Below, piece by piece: positions 25,704 through 39,989 of a stretch of 64,000 bases of DNA. Location of the stretch: positions 29,703,182 through 29,767,181 of the forward strand of contig CM119264.1 in the NCBI GenBank assembly GCA_051294375.1, read 5' to 3'. The notes under the pieces are model-generated. The model was not told the origin of the DNA and made no database searches. It worked only from the letters and a program-made list of their open reading frames with translations. Each line of letters starts with the position of its first letter. Within the stretch, counting starts at the first letter, position 1. The position numbers and the translations under genes were made by a program. Origin of the DNA: Paraspadella gotoi. Taxonomy: Eukaryota > Animalia > Chaetognatha.

Positions 25704-28453
25704 CTACGTTTCCAACGTCCTTAAGGTAGAATGTCAAATGGCCAAACGCCAATATTTCGATCCTTTGACAGTTTCTTGTCTGGCGGCAAAGTCGGCAGCA
25801 GTTTTTCGCGAAGTTCGGTGAAAAGCTACATTGAATGGCCTCTACACGGTAGTCGCTCACGGGTCGGCGTGAGCTGGTGGCGGTATTTCGTCGTGGCGCG
25901 GCGGCGCCGGCGGCCGTTCTTACGCGCGAGAGGCCAACCTGAGAGAAGGAAAAGGTAAGTTTAAGGTGAGGGTCGAACTTGTTTTTAACCTGAAAGGTTA
26001 GGGAGAAAGGTCAATGAATTGTTTTTATGTAAAAAGTTAGCAAAAGTAAATAGGTTTAACCTAATTTTTCGACTTTATGAAAAATTGGTACAACCAATAT
26101 AAAAAAAAATTATCCATTCATTTAAATAAATAAGCTTATCTTGCCCCATGCACTTTGGACAGAGCTTTGAGGTGGTTAAGGCCCTCCTCAATTTACAAGA
26201 TAATGACATAGCAGGTTCCCTGCATAAAAGCTTTCCAATCAAGACTCTCTCCACCAGTCTCGCCTATTCACATCCCAGAGTAACCTGGCCTTCGCCTATC
26301 AATGAAGTGAAATATTTCAAAGAATGTTTCAATTGTATGAAAAGACCAATTATCTTGACTTTTGGATAACATCAGTTAAGGATCTCTATACTTTATGATT
26401 AAGAGTCATTGCAGAGTCAATATAAATTTTAGTTATTTCAACATTATTAACTAACTATATAATCAGATATTCCTTCTTTCAATTTGTATAGTTATGTTTC
26501 TGAAATTGTGTTTTTAAATTTTATTTGTTCCAAACATTAAGGATATAATGGTCCGTCTAAAGTCATAGAAAGGGAAGATTTTAAAAATAGTTTTTTATAT
26601 TGGTTCCACCGATTTTGTATATTGTAAAAGTAGGACATCTCATCTATTAAAATCCAAAAATAATGCATACTGAGGTAAAAATCAGGTAGACAAAGAAGAG
26701 GTCAGGTACTCTGGGATTCGAATAAAACGAGACTGTTGAGAGAGTCTTGATTGAAAGCTTGCAGGGACGCTGCTAATGTCATTATCTTGTAAGAGGTGAA
26801 TGGAGGCCTTAAAACCAGCGCAAAGCCTGTCGGCAAGAGTCAGGGGCACAGATGGCTTATTTATTAAATGAATGGATAATTTTTATATTGGTTTGTACCA
26901 ATTTCATATAAAGTTTCACTGCGCGGAAAAACAAATATTCGTTAGCCTATCACATTTTTCTTGCTAACGGGGGCACCAAAAGTTTCAATTTCATTCCGGG
27001 ATCTTAAATCGTTTTTCATTAACTAACCCTTTCTTTCCACATCAATCACCGACCACCATCACTCAATCCCTTACCTGTCTCACTGCACCAAAGAATTGAC
27101 GGATTATCTTCCTCGTCTCCCGGGTCAGGACTTTGCACTGGCCGACGCCCCTCAGATTTGATGCTCGACCGTGAGGGTTAGTCCGAAGCCGATGAAGAGG
27201 AAGAGGGTCTCCAGCCTCCCACGCTCCCAACCTCCTTCACACTCTTCCAATCTGATTGGAGCTCCACCCAAGGTTCCCTCTTCAACCCGGTCGTCGACAC
27301 CGGCGGCGACGGATGTCGGTTGCAGATTCTGGGTCAAGAGGATGATGATGAGCGGTGATGATGATGATGATGATTCATGCCTGAAATGTGGTTGTTTGAT
27401 GATTTGATGGTGATTCTCCAGCCTTTGAGCGACGGCCTCAGCGAAAGACCGCGTTCCTTCTGCTCGCGCCAAATTGGCGTAGGACGAAGTCGCCGCCAAG
27501 ATGAGATTAGCGGGTAGATCGGGTGCGAACGGCGGGCGCCATTTGCGGCGGGCGGAAGAGGGCGGCGGCGCCAGCGGCTCCAGCGGGGGCGGAGGCGCGG
27601 CGGGGCGTTTCCGAATTTCCACGCCCGCATGACGGCGTCCAGCGGCGGGCGGCGTGTCGAGATAATGAGTCGCCGCCAACGTGACAACTCGTGTCGTCGA
27701 CGCTTCGCTAGCCGTCGGCGAAACTCGCCTCCTGCTTGATGGCGCCGGCGTCTAGTGCGGCGCGCCGTCCAAACCGCGTTAGAGACGGCGGCGTCGTTCT
27801 TGAAGCGATGGAGGATTGCTGTTGAAAGATGCTGGAAGTGAAGGGTAATGCTGGAGAGAGAAGGATGGATGGGAGGAGGAGAGGAGGAGTGGAGGAGGGG
27901 GAACCCTTGTTGGACGCACCTGCTGTTGTTGTTGAGGTTGTTGTATGATGTTGTTGATCGATGATGTTGATTGGTAAGTCGACGTCGTCTCCCAATTGTG
28001 TCCGTTCATCGTCGATTGATTTGTTGATGATGATGGTGATGATGAAAGGTGATGGGCTGCTGGAGGAGACGCGTCTCCAGCGTTGCCAATTGAAAAAACG
28101 CTCACCGCCCAACAATCGAGATGTAACAACGACGAACGACGACCGACGAACGACGAAGGAAACGAAGGAAAAGGAAGAAGCGAAAATTCCCCGACGACTC
28201 AAGGTGCGGAAGATGGCCGGAAAAGATCCCGGCGCCGCCGGCATCGCGACGGAGGCGACTCCGGCCATCGTCTGCCCCGATGGGCGCGCGGGGTCGCGGC
28301 GCGGCGGCGGCGGGTCGGAGCCAAGCATTCGGCGGCAGCGTCGGCGGCGGGGAGCGGACGTGAGTAAGTCGAGTGAAATGTACGAGCGTGGTGGCGGAGT
28401 AGTCCGAGATGAAAATTGAAGATCTGGCGAACATCCATCGGAGTTTGATCCAT
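25704..28453 (-). CDS. NHLH: Second copy of the NHLH bHLH gene within the duplication (bHLH exon 25938-25704), frameshifted at different positions than copy 1
   Basis: Collinear with 8559-11184; same acceptor context (CAG|GTTGGCCTCTCGCGC) and the LLPTLPPDKKLSK coding segment. Confidence 0.7.
26078..26906. mobile_element. Duplicate of the intronic MITE 8917-9706
   Basis: Same TIRs and flanks within duplication copy 2. Confidence 0.8.
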
Positions 28454-31400
28454 AGGAGGACGAAGAACGCACGGACTGAACGACCCGGACGAGATACGAA
28501 GACGAACGTCGAAGTCGACGTGGATTGAAAAAGAAAAGCGGAGAAATGAGGAGGGAAGGAAATGGCCGGAGGTGGAAGGCGGGGGTTGTCGATGGAGAGT
28601 GGTTGGTTGGTGGGATGTTGAGAGGTGGTTTTGGGGGGAGATTACGAGACGCCGATGAAGGACGTCGGGATGAGGAAAGTCGACGGGAACGAAGGGGGAG
28701 AGGGAAGTGCGAAGAGGAGCCCTTACCTCCATCGCAGGGATTCTTCTTTGTTTTTTTCTTTATATTCTTATGTTTCTGTTTTGGTTTGTTTGTTTTTTTT
28801 TTCGTCTCAACTGCGGGAAAATTTTGGATCGGGACTTGAGTCCTGGGTTGGCGGCGGCGCCAAAGAGGACGCAGTGACTGAAAATTAACCGGCGGCTGAG
28901 AAAGTAAGGAATTATGGCGGCTCCAAAAGTCAAAGAGTCGAAATTAATAAGGCAACCGAGCGAACCTGTTACTAATTGGCGTTGCAAGCTGAATTCTGAC
29001 GAAGTCAAGGAGTCGAAATTAAATCGGCCACCGCGACTTGAGATTCACTAATTGGCCGTTGAAGCTGAATTCTTCTGACGAGTCAAGGAGTTCCAATTTA
29101 AAATCGGGTCACCGCGATTGGCGTTGCATTGTTGCGCCGCAAAGGAGACAGTAATCAGAAATCTTTCCGAACGAAAAAAAAAATCGGAGATTTTAGCGAC
29201 GGACGAAAAGTTTAAGTAATATTTTTGTCCTCTGGTTTCGGGATTATTTCGGCGATGAGCGACGAAGCAAGAAACCAATTGGTTTTGCAGATGATTTATT
29301 AACGATTTAAAGCGACGGAAAATGGGAATTCGCGTTTCATGGATCAACCGATTGTCTGATTGGTTGAACATGCAATAGGTTGTCTTGGCAGTTGGATGTT
29401 CGATGAATCTTTGATTCTCCACATCCTTTACGATTGATTTTCTTCTCACAACAAATAAACTGTTCTTCCTTATTTGTTTGATTTTGTAAAGAAACGGATC
29501 AATGACCGAGACTCAGGGTCAAAAGTTTATTCTCCTTAGACTTTTTTCTGTATCTGATCCAAAGCGACATAAGGCATCCCTCCAACAGCTCGTCGTCGGC
29601 GGGAGAAGAAGAAAGGAGTCCGTAATCGAAGAAATCCCCCTAATGGAGTAATTTCACGGAATAATACTTTTAATAATAATAATAATATAATACTAAAAGA
29701 AATATCTGAACAAATGAATAACAAAAGTGCATATGATAAATTTAAACGGTGAAAGAAAATTGCGTAATTATAAATAAATTGATTCAATTTTAATTAAAAG
29801 GTTTTTAATTAAATTTTAATTTTTAATTAAAATGGGTAAATTTGGTCTATCGGCAAAATATAAACTAATGTATTATGGTTAATATACAATAATAATACAT
29901 ATAAGATATGCAATATATTATATAGACTATATAAGTTTAATAAAATGTTTTAAATATATTTACCTTGTTGAACAAATCTTTCTTGACAGAAATTTGCGAT
30001 ATTCTTTTTTTTTTCCAATCAAAAAACAAAAAGTAGCGCGTTCCTTAAATCGGAGACGGCGTCTTTTGCTAACCGTTGTCGTTTTGACTCAAAAAGCGGC
30101 GTCGTGTGAACTAATCCGAGCGCCTTGAGAATAGCGGCTCGAAAAACAAGAACGTCTAAGAGGATCAGGCGGCGCGCGACGCGACGAAACGACGATGACG
30201 ACGACGCTCTCTAATCTCTCTCTTCTCTCTCTTTCTCTCCTCATCTCTCTTCCTCTCTCTCTCCTCTCTCTCTCTCTCGTCTCTCCTCTCTCCTCTCCTC
30301 AGCGCGCGCTCTTTTGTCAGCGTGACTCCAAAGTCGCGCGTCGCACAGAGAACAAGAAAGGACCAGGCGCCGCAACGATGGAGACGAGACGAACGACGAT
30401 CGACGACGACGACGAGGAGGAAAGAAGATATGACGAAGGAAGTCGTCGAGTTGAATTACGCGAAACAAAAGAAGGAACGAACGAAAAAGACAAAAGAACA
30501 AAGAAAACAATGATGCAACAAGTTTTTAACGACAAAAGAACAGCAAGATATCACAGAGATTTACTAGTTTGAACTAAGTTGTCTATCTGAGTTAGATTTT
30601 AAGTGAAACTGAATAAACTAAATGTTTAAATTGATTATATATTCTATATACATTTTTCGATATTAATTTATAGTTAATATAATATTTATTATACAAATAT
30701 TAGTATAAAAGAGGACAGTTTACTAATCGTAGCTCTAACAGAAACTCCAAAATATAAAATTTCAAGAAAGATAATCACAAAATCCAACGGATTTCCTATC
30801 CTAAAGTTACTCCCTCTCCCCTCTCCTTCTCTCTCTGCCTCTCTCTCTCATCTGTTCTCTCTCGTCTCTCCTCTCAATCTCTCCTCTCTCTCTCTCTCTC
30901 TCTCTTTCTCCTTACTCTCTCCCTCTCTCATCTTTTACTAAAAAAATTAACAAAAGAATGAGAAAAGTATGCACTAAGCAATATATCGTCGTCGTGATTA
31001 AAAGTGAGTCTCATCTCTCTCTCTCTCCTCTTCCTCTCTCATCTCCTCTCTATCTCATCTCCTCTCTCTCTCCCTCTCTCTCTCATTCGTCTCTCTCTCT
31101 AATTCAGCTTCCAAAAATCTTTCCATCTTTCTGCTAAAGACGCGTTTGTCTTCTTAAATCTGAGACAGAACGCAATCAAAAGAAAATTAAATCATTTTAT
31201 CCTCGATATCACGACGATATATATCAGCTGACACGGGTGGCGTTTGGTCGACGTCGGCTGGCGCGGCGGCCTGCCGGCGGCGGCTGGGGCTTGGCGGCGA
31301 ACGGCTGCCCGACGGCTGGCAAGATCGATAATTGAAGCGTTGGGATCGAGGTGGAGTTTGGAGTAAGTTCATTGCCTCCGCCGGCGATCGTTTCAGATAC

Positions 31401-31795
31401 CATACAATTCAAAAATATATTTTCCAGAAGACAACACTGACCTCCCTTCCCAAATTGAGTTAAAGATATCAATGATAGGTAAAATTGTTTTAAGAATGAA
31501 GCAATATATATATCGCACATTGATTTAAATAATAACATGAATGGATAATTTTTGTTAATAATTTGGTTGTACCATTTCATAGATTAAATACTAAATTCCT
31601 TCATCAAAATATAAAAATAGAAATTAGTGAAACAAGTAATTTGAAAATGTTCCATATATAAAAATAAAACTCAGAATTAGAAAACAAAATGATTTATAAT
31701 TCAAAAATGGATGTATAATTTGAAATAAAAAACCGATGCTGCCTCGGAAGACACGATTAAACGATTACCACTTCCCCTCTGATTAATATCCGCAA

Positions 31796-31831
<36 letters not shown>

Positions 31832-31908
31832 TCTCATCTCTCTCTTCTCCCTCTTCTCTCTCTGCTCTCATCTCTCTCGCTCTCTCTCTCTTTCTCTCTC
31901 ATCCTCGC

Positions 31909-31943
<35 letters not shown>

Positions 31944-32590
31944 NNNNNNNNNNNNNNNNNNNNNNNNNCTCTGTAATGAAAATGAGAATGATTTCGAAGC
32001 GTTTACGTCATTACATTTTTGCTTCAGCCAAAAATAAATCCTGGTTCCACTTTCGTAACAAACATTAAGTACATTTTTCTTCTTCGCTGTTTTTGTAGTT
32101 GTTTACACTCCCCCCCACCTTCCCAGCGCTCACTCAGGATATACATCTAAATAAATCCCGGTGACATAAAATCAACAACGCCGTTAAAATCTTAATAATA
32201 TTTTGTCAAAATATAAGTTACTCATTTGTTTATAACAAAAGACTCTTGGTTTCTATCTCAACCCAATCTCATCTGCATCGAATGAAAAAAGGCGATTGAA
32301 AAATCACGGGTATTAGTTAATAATTTGGCGAATTATCTCATCTGTCAGTCCTTTATCATAGGTTCTATCACAGGTTTTTATGTCAGACGGAGATGATTTC
32401 CCAAAAAAAGATAATCATCGTCGTCGTCGTCGTCGTCATCGTCGTCATCGTCGATTGACGAGCGACGATTGAAGTAATCGACGATGACTCTCTCTCTGCA
32501 TCTCATCTGACTCTTCATTCTTCTCTCTTCTCGGTCTCTATCTCTCGGTCTTTTTTTCATCTCCCTCCCACTACCTGAGTTCTTTGTTAG

Positions 32591-32834
32591 GCCAGAGCCA
32601 CCAAGGGATAACAGAGGCTCCGACGACGACCGAGACGCGACGACGACCGAACGAACAGCGGACGCCACACAGCGAGAAGCGACCCACCCCGCACGACGAG
32701 CGTCGATAATCGAGACTCAGATGTGGAGGACGCCTGCCAGGTGCTGAGAACAGTAGCGGCGGCGAAGCGCGTGCGCGTGCGGGCGAAAGGCGGCGGCGAA
32801 GGCGCGTTTAATTTGGCAGCAATCGATATAAAAG
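32591..32834 (+). CDS. Candidate exon of an unidentified plus-strand gene (..DSDVEDACQVLRTVAAAKRVRVRAKGGGEGAFNLAAIDIK)
   Basis: GC-rich block between a TTTGTTAG acceptor and an AAG|GTCAGA donor (GTCAG donors also occur in the P450). Needs one frameshift to stay open. Confidence 0.3.
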
Positions 32835-33856
32835 GTCAGACGACATTTTCGATCGCGTTCGTTCGTTCGTTCGTTCGTCCGTTCATTGATTCATTCATTC
32901 ATTCAGTTATTCATTTTTTCGTTCGTTCTTTCCTTCTTTCTTTCACTCGATCTTTTGTTCTCTCTAGCCTTTGTTCTTTTGTTTCTTTGTTCTTTCGTTT
33001 CTTCGTTCTTTCGTTCTTTCGTTCTTTCGTTTTTTCGTTCATTCGTTCTTTCGTTCTTTCGTTCTTTCGTTCCTTCTTCCCTTCGTTCGCTCTAAGTCAT
33101 TTACATTTCCGTTTAAAAAAACAAATCATATACTTTCATCATTACCTTTATTTTTTTCTGGGCGCGGCTCAGATAAAGACGAGGACCGAGTGATGGCGAT
33201 TGAATGAGAGGAGGAAGAGGAACAGGAAGAGAAGGAAGTAGAATAGGAAGAAAAGAGAAGACGGGAGAAAAAGGAGGAGGAGGAGGAGGAGGAGGAGGAG
33301 GAAGAGGAAGAGGAGATAAAGAAAGTGAAAAAGTCTGGGAGAAAAAGAAGGAAAAGCGAAGGAAGAAGAAAAGTGGGAACCTGTGTTCTATATTATACAG
33401 TTCATCGTAATATTAACAATAATTAGCATAAAAATTATAAATTATAATAAACAATGATGATAATCAAACTCAATCGTTAAAATTATCTTCTATTTTCTTC
33501 CGCTTTTGATCTAAGCGTCTTATGCCGCGGCTTTGGCGGGCAAGACGACGACGACGACGAAGACGACGACGAATACGACGACGAAGACGACGATTAAGAC
33601 GGAATCCGCGTCGCCGATTGTGTAACAACCGCGCTGTCTCATTTCTGTGACGCCAATCGGTTCTAAAAAAAAATTAGTTCCTATCCATTCATCGACGCTC
33701 GCTCGTCCATCGACATCAAAATTACGGCGTCGCCAGAATCTGCCAGAAAAAAATGCAATGGAATCCCAACGACGATAAAAACAAATGGAAATCCAGGAGC
33801 GAACCCTTAAACGGTTGTGGGGACCGGAATGAGCGCCGGACCATATGGCGGGGATG

Positions 33857-34040
<184 letters not shown>

Positions 34041-35244
34041 GTGGCCCTAAATTAGGTTGTAAATGATAAACAATGAAGGAGAAAAAAACTTATTCTAAAA
34101 TTTTATTTATCAGAATAAGAATTAATCTGTATTATTAATTCATTTGCAACTGGTTTAGTGGTTCAAACTTTAAGAAACCTGAACTTATTTTAAATCTTCA
34201 TTGTTTTGGTTTTCGTTTCATTGATTTACCTACCTCCTGAAATTATACCATTTTTTTTTCTTTTTTAGAAATTTTTTTAAATATATTTCTTATTCAATAT
34301 CGTGAACAAAGAATATTAATCATATATCATATATAAAAACAAAAATAACATTGGTTTGATTTATAAAATATTTTGGAAAGTACCAAAATGTTATTAGAGC
34401 CCTAATAACAGTTCAGTTTAAACCCTTGAAAGTGATTTACAGGTATTGGCGCAGCCACTGTTTTTTTTATTTTCCCATCTTCTTTCTTTCTTTGGAGTTT
34501 CGATGGCCGTTTGGTTTCTTTCTTTTTCTCCTCTTATTTCCTTAATTCCTTTAGTTTCCTCCTTTTCTTTCCTCCTTTTCTTTCCTTTCCTAATTTTCTT
34601 TTCTTTCCTCCTTTCCTCTCCTCCCTTTTTCGGGTCATAACACGCTCGTTCGACTCGACACCGAAATCGGTGGAGATTTTGAAAAATCGTTGAACGCAGC
34701 TGCCGCCGGATTTCGCCGCCGAAAAGAGAGAAAGAAAGAAAAAACTTTATTTTCTCTCAAATTCTTTCTTTTCTTAGAAATTCTTTTCTTTTCTCTTTTT
34801 TCTCATATTTTTTTAATTTTTTTTTTTTTTTTACTTTTTTTCTGAATTAGACTTATTTTTTTTCTTTCGTCATTTCTTTAATTATGCCTCACTCCTTTCT
34901 TATTTTTTTATTAATTTATTTCTTTCTTTTTATTATAATAAATATATAAATATATTTTTTTATTTACTCTTTACTTTGTTTTCTTTTTTTGCAGAACTTA
35001 ATTTCTTTTTTTTCTTAAAAGTCTCGTCACTATACATAAAATATTTAGAAATATATAAATATATATAGTTATATATATATATAGATCACAACAATACATT
35101 TCTCTCTCGACTATCTCCGTCTCTTTTTCCTCGTCTCGCTCTCTATCTTCATCGGTCTCTCGTTCGCTCTGTCTCCCTCTGTCAACCGCGAAATCATTAA
35201 GAAGGCGCGATATAGACAAAGAAAAACAATTTCTAACGCGTCGG

Positions 35245-35276
<32 letters not shown>

Positions 35277-35434
35277 NNNNNNNNNNNNNNNNNNNNNNNN
35301 NNNNNNNNNNNNNNNNNNNNNNNNNNNNNNNNNNNNNNNNNNNNNNNNNNNNNNNNNNNNNNNNNNNNNNNNNNNNNNNNNNNNNNNNNNNNNNNNNNNN
35401 NNNNNNNNNNNNNNNNNNNNNNNNNNNNNNNNNN

Positions 35435-35469
<35 letters not shown>

Positions 35470-36895
35470 CGCAGATAATTTTTGAAAAGAGACGAAAGTG
35501 AATAAAGTGATTTAAAATTTTAATAAAGATACAATGAGTCGTTTTTAAATAAGTGACAAAGTGAAAACGTTTCCTGTGAAAATCTGGAATTTTGTGAATG
35601 ACTTCAAAGAAAGAAAAATCGAGAAGACTGAAGCATAGGGTGAGTTAAAAATCATTAAAGTTATTTGAAATGTATGTATTATTTATTTAAATTTATATGT
35701 ACAAAACTTAATGATATATAAGCAAAGACGAGACGAAAAAACCGCGTTGAATCAAACGATTAATGAAAGTAATTCTCTCTCTCTCTCTCTCNNNNNNNNN
35801 NNNNNNNNNNNNNNNNNNNNNNNNNNNNNNNNNNNNNNNNNNNNNNNNNNNNNNNNNNNNNNNNNNNNNNNNNNNNNNNNNNNNNNNNNNNNNNNNNNNN
35901 NNNNNNNNNNNNNNNNNNNNNNNNNNNNNNNNNNNNNNNNNNATTCCTCTATTTCTCTCTTTAATTGGGGCTTAAAACCCGGGGTCGGGCGGTCATAGAC
36001 TGGCTTCCTCTTTCCATGTGGTTTGTTTTTTTTGGATCCTCCCTCTTCGGTTGGCGTTCTAAGTTCTCCTTTCGTGTATATTCGGGCGATTTGTTAAGCT
36101 CGGATCACATTTACTTGTCTCTTCCCACGGGGGGGGGGGGGTCGAAGGGGGGAAACAGGGGGCTCTGAAGAGGGGCGGGGGTGGTAGATGGCGCGACGCC
36201 TTTGTCGTCTTCCAAGGGTACGACTTTCGGTCGGCTCTAGTCGGTCACTCGGGAGGGCAACTCATTCCGGGTTTGAATCTCTCTTTACTCACGGCGCCAG
36301 AAGAGAGAGTTTACATAACTAAATTTTTTAATTCATATCATCAAAATAACACCTTGGCGTCCTTTTCCTCTCCTTTTAAACATGCCGCGGTAAATTGGGC
36401 TCTCGAAACTGCGGTCTCCCCTATTCATCTCATTTGAAAAAAAAAAATCGGTACTGTTATTATTAGCTCGGTGGGCGTGCGGGTTTCCGGAAAGGAGGAA
36501 GAGAAGAGGAAGGAGCGAGGAGGAGGGAGAACGAAGACGATCACCGGAGAGCAAAGGACTCTGCTCCATTCGTCTCTCGGTGTGTTTTAATTACACTCCT
36601 CTTCTTACTGACCTCTTAGTCCTAGCTCTACTAGGCTCTTCCTTCTTCTCCTCGGCTTCTCCTCGCATTCTTGGTCTTATTCTCTTTTTCCCTTGTCTAC
36701 TGTTTCATCGCTATATCGATCTCCACTTTCTCTAGTTATCTATTTCAGAAAAGAAAAGAAAAGAAAAGAAAAGAAAAGAGAAAAGCTGAATTACGAGCAT
36801 GTGATTTTGAGAAAATCATAATTGTCAAAGAGAGAGAAGAAAAGTGTTCACTGTTCACAGGTCGAAGATGTGAATCCTGATTTTCGATTGGAGAA

Positions 36896-36927
<32 letters not shown>

Positions 36928-38436
36928 TCTCAATCTACGACGATGAATTCGAGGGACGATTTCCGGTCACGTGACCCGAAACGATCTTTCGCCCTCGAGC
37001 TGTGAATCAAACCACCCTCCGCCCCCCCATCTCCCTTCCCACCACTGTACCACCTCCTCCCACTTCCTCTTTCCCCCTTCCCCCTCATTCCCACCTCCAG
37101 CGCCGAGACGGCCGGCCAAGCGGCCACGGCTTCATTCCACGGCCGGCCGGCCCACGGCCCAACGGGCACGCGGCTTTCGAGCCTTTGGTGACTCGTAATT
37201 TCACTGACAAAAAAAAATTATGAGTCACAAAATATCAAATTTTAATTGTTTAAAATAAATCACGAAGATTTTGATTTTTATCGATACTTGATACAAATTA
37301 GTTAAGTCAGTACGTCGCTTCCACTTTTTCTCCGTCCGTACGTCCGTCCCACTGTCCGTCGGTCAGTCTCTCCTTCCGTCCGTCCGTTTTTTAACTTCAG
37401 AGAAATAATGTGCGGTGATTCCAAGCGGGTCTCATCAACGCAGATTTTTATGGAGGAACCGTCGCTCTGTCTCTGTCTATCTCTCTCTCTCTCTCTCGTC
37501 TTCCTCTCTCTCTCTTCTCTTCTTTCCTGCCCCTGCAGTCTCTCTCAATCCGTTCTCTCTCTTTCTCTCTGCGCTTTGACGCTGCTTGTTTGTCGTTTTG
37601 TATTCATATTTTAAAGCTGGAAAAAAGAGCAAATGGTTGTCAAGAAACAATAGTAAAAATATTTTTTTAGTGGAAACAAGCTAAAGTCATCTTCAAGTCA
37701 GAGAAAGAAGATGATCAGAGCAGGAGAGAGGAGTTGAACAAGCCGAGACTCGGAAACGGGGAAGAAGTGTTGGTAGGTCAAGAAATGAGAGACGGCTGCG
37801 GCAGGAGGCGAGACGGCGGCAGACTAACAAGAAGGGATCTGTGCGCGCACCGGCGGAGGAGAGAGTGATGGATGGATTCGGCAAGCGCCGATCTCCGCGG
37901 GAGAGGCGCGGAAGACGGAAAGACAAAGTAGATATAAGAAAGAAGGAGGGATTTGCAATGTCATTTATGGAATTGGGATGACGAGGATGAGAAGTGCACT
38001 ATCGAAGAGCGGGAGGAAAGCAAGAAGGATGTTATTCGATTGTGGGAAACGGGAATCGACGAAACGGAAAGAAGGATGTTATTTGTGAGTTTAGGATCGG
38101 AAGAATGAAGACGGAGGAAAGAAGGATGTAATTCGGATGATGCTTAATGTCAGATTTAAGCGAATCGAAGACGGAAAAGGATGTAGTATTGAAACGGAAA
38201 CGAGTCTTATAAGAGAAGGCGGCCAACGGGCGGAGGTCGAGAAAAACTGGGAAGATGTCTGACGAGTTTCTGTTTCTGTATCAAATCGGTGTTGTGAGGG
38301 CTTGAGAAACTGTGAAATCCTCGATCAGTGAAAATTATCACAGATTAAAATATTATAATAAATGTTTCTTTGTTAGGTATATTTTTAGACAATCATTTTG
38401 TATTGGAATATTAGAGACTTTGGTCTACTCAGTTCT

Positions 38437-38476
<40 letters not shown>

Positions 38477-39035
38477 CTCTCTCTCTCTTCTCTTCTCTCT
38501 CTCCCCTCTCTTCACTCTGCTTCTCGCGATCCACGTCTGCGGACGTGAGAAAGAAAATCCCATCATCGGACCGAAAAAAAGCGGACTTGCCCTTCCAAAT
38601 CACGAGGACGGAGAGTCTGCTTCTCTCCTCTCTCTCCTCTCTCTCTCGTCTCTCTCTCTTCGTCTATCTCTCTCTCATCTGCTCTTCGCTTCCCTTGCTC
38701 CGCCCCTGTTGCTTGCGTGTCAAACAAATGATGTGACTTTCGACAAAAACTTGGGATGAGCTGTTGCGGCATAGGAGGAGGGGAGGAGAGGAAGAGGAGG
38801 AAGACTATTGGAATTAGCTTTGATTAGTTCATATTAGGGGATGAATCGTCGAAAAGAGAGGATTCCCTAAGGAGGGAGGGGGGGGGGGTATTCGGACAGG
38901 GGTGGCGGAAACGTGCTTGAGGTAAGTTCTCTTTTTTTTCATGATCATTTGACGGACGAGGAGCCCCCTAGGTGGCGTCTATTCTAGTTAAAGTCGAGCG
39001 TCGCACAAAAAGTTTCGCTTACTGTCTTTTGAAAC

Positions 39036-39232
39036 GTTGTGCCTTGTGACGGCGTAAGTGGCGTTTGTGCGGTTGTGGCGTAGTGGCGTTGTGCGCGAAG
39101 GTAGTGGCCTTGTGGCTAGTGCGTTGTGCGGAGGTAAGTGGCTTTGTGGCCGTAGTGACCTTTTGCGCAGGGTGGTAGTGGCGTTGTGGCGTAGTGGCGT
39201 TGTGCGGTAGTGGCGTTTTGTGGCACGCTTTG
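39036..39232. repeat. GT-rich minisatellite (GTAGTGGCGTTGTGCG-like units)
   Basis: Recurring GTGGCGTTGTG(C/G) units. Confidence 0.7.
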
Positions 39233-39580
39233 ACACTTGACGGTTTCTATCGCCGACAAAACTTTTATGGCGGTCTTCATCGGGGGGGAACTCATTAGTT
39301 ACCGGGCGTCGATATTTTTAAAGTTGTAAATATCCTCCTTTGTTTATTTCTATATAATAATGAAAAAATATTAATGCATGAAGTTTATTATAGTACAGTT
39401 ATACAGGTATAATATAAATGATAAACTTTATATCTTTTCTTCTGGCTTTCAATTCTCTCTTTCATTACTTTCTCGCTTTTGGAAACTATTAATGGATGAG
39501 GAACGGAAGTCACAGACCATAGAATCCTCGTCCAAGGTAAATTGTTACAATTTACAAATTACGTGGGGTTAATATATATT

Positions 39581-39687
39581 TCTTGTAAGAGTAGATGGAG
39601 GCCTTAACTACCAAAGCCTGTCGAAAGTCAGGCGGCAAGTAGACTTATTTATTTAATGGATAGTTTATGTTTGTTTTGTCCAATTTC
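39581..39687. mobile_element. Degenerate TIR fragment of the 8917-9706 MITE family
   Basis: TCTTGTAAGAG..GATGGAGGCCTTAA..AAAGCCTGTC..AGTCAGG..CTTATTTATT..ATGGATA..CCAATTTC aligns by eye to 9590-9705. Confidence 0.7.
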
Positions 39688-39910
39688 GTTTCATTAATTA
39701 GTTTTATTATGCTATTCATGTCATTTTTGTTTTTAAATTTATAATTGAACTGCTTTCTTGTTCCCCGTCGACGGCTGAAAGGAATCTGCGTGGCGGGAAT
39801 GAAAAAAAGGAAGTTGACCCACAATAGAAATGATGATACCGGACAACAAAATACAACTACAACGCAACAACAACTAAAGAAAACGACTAAAAAGTTGCCT
39901 CGTCGCTTTA

Positions 39911-39989
<79 letters not shown>

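Larger units (their letters stand above)
16984..31810. repeat. Large direct duplication, copy 2 of 1-14470 (probable assembly artefact)
   Basis: Identical start, then collinear with many small indels; ends in a (CT)n tract followed by a 25-N gap at 31944-31968. Confidence 0.95.

Noticed and set aside
37735-38200. Neuropeptide precursor (MDGFGKR, FDCGKR, KPRLG)
   Set aside because: The motifs fall in different frames, are not homologous to each other, and no signal peptide is seen; the sequence is too noisy.
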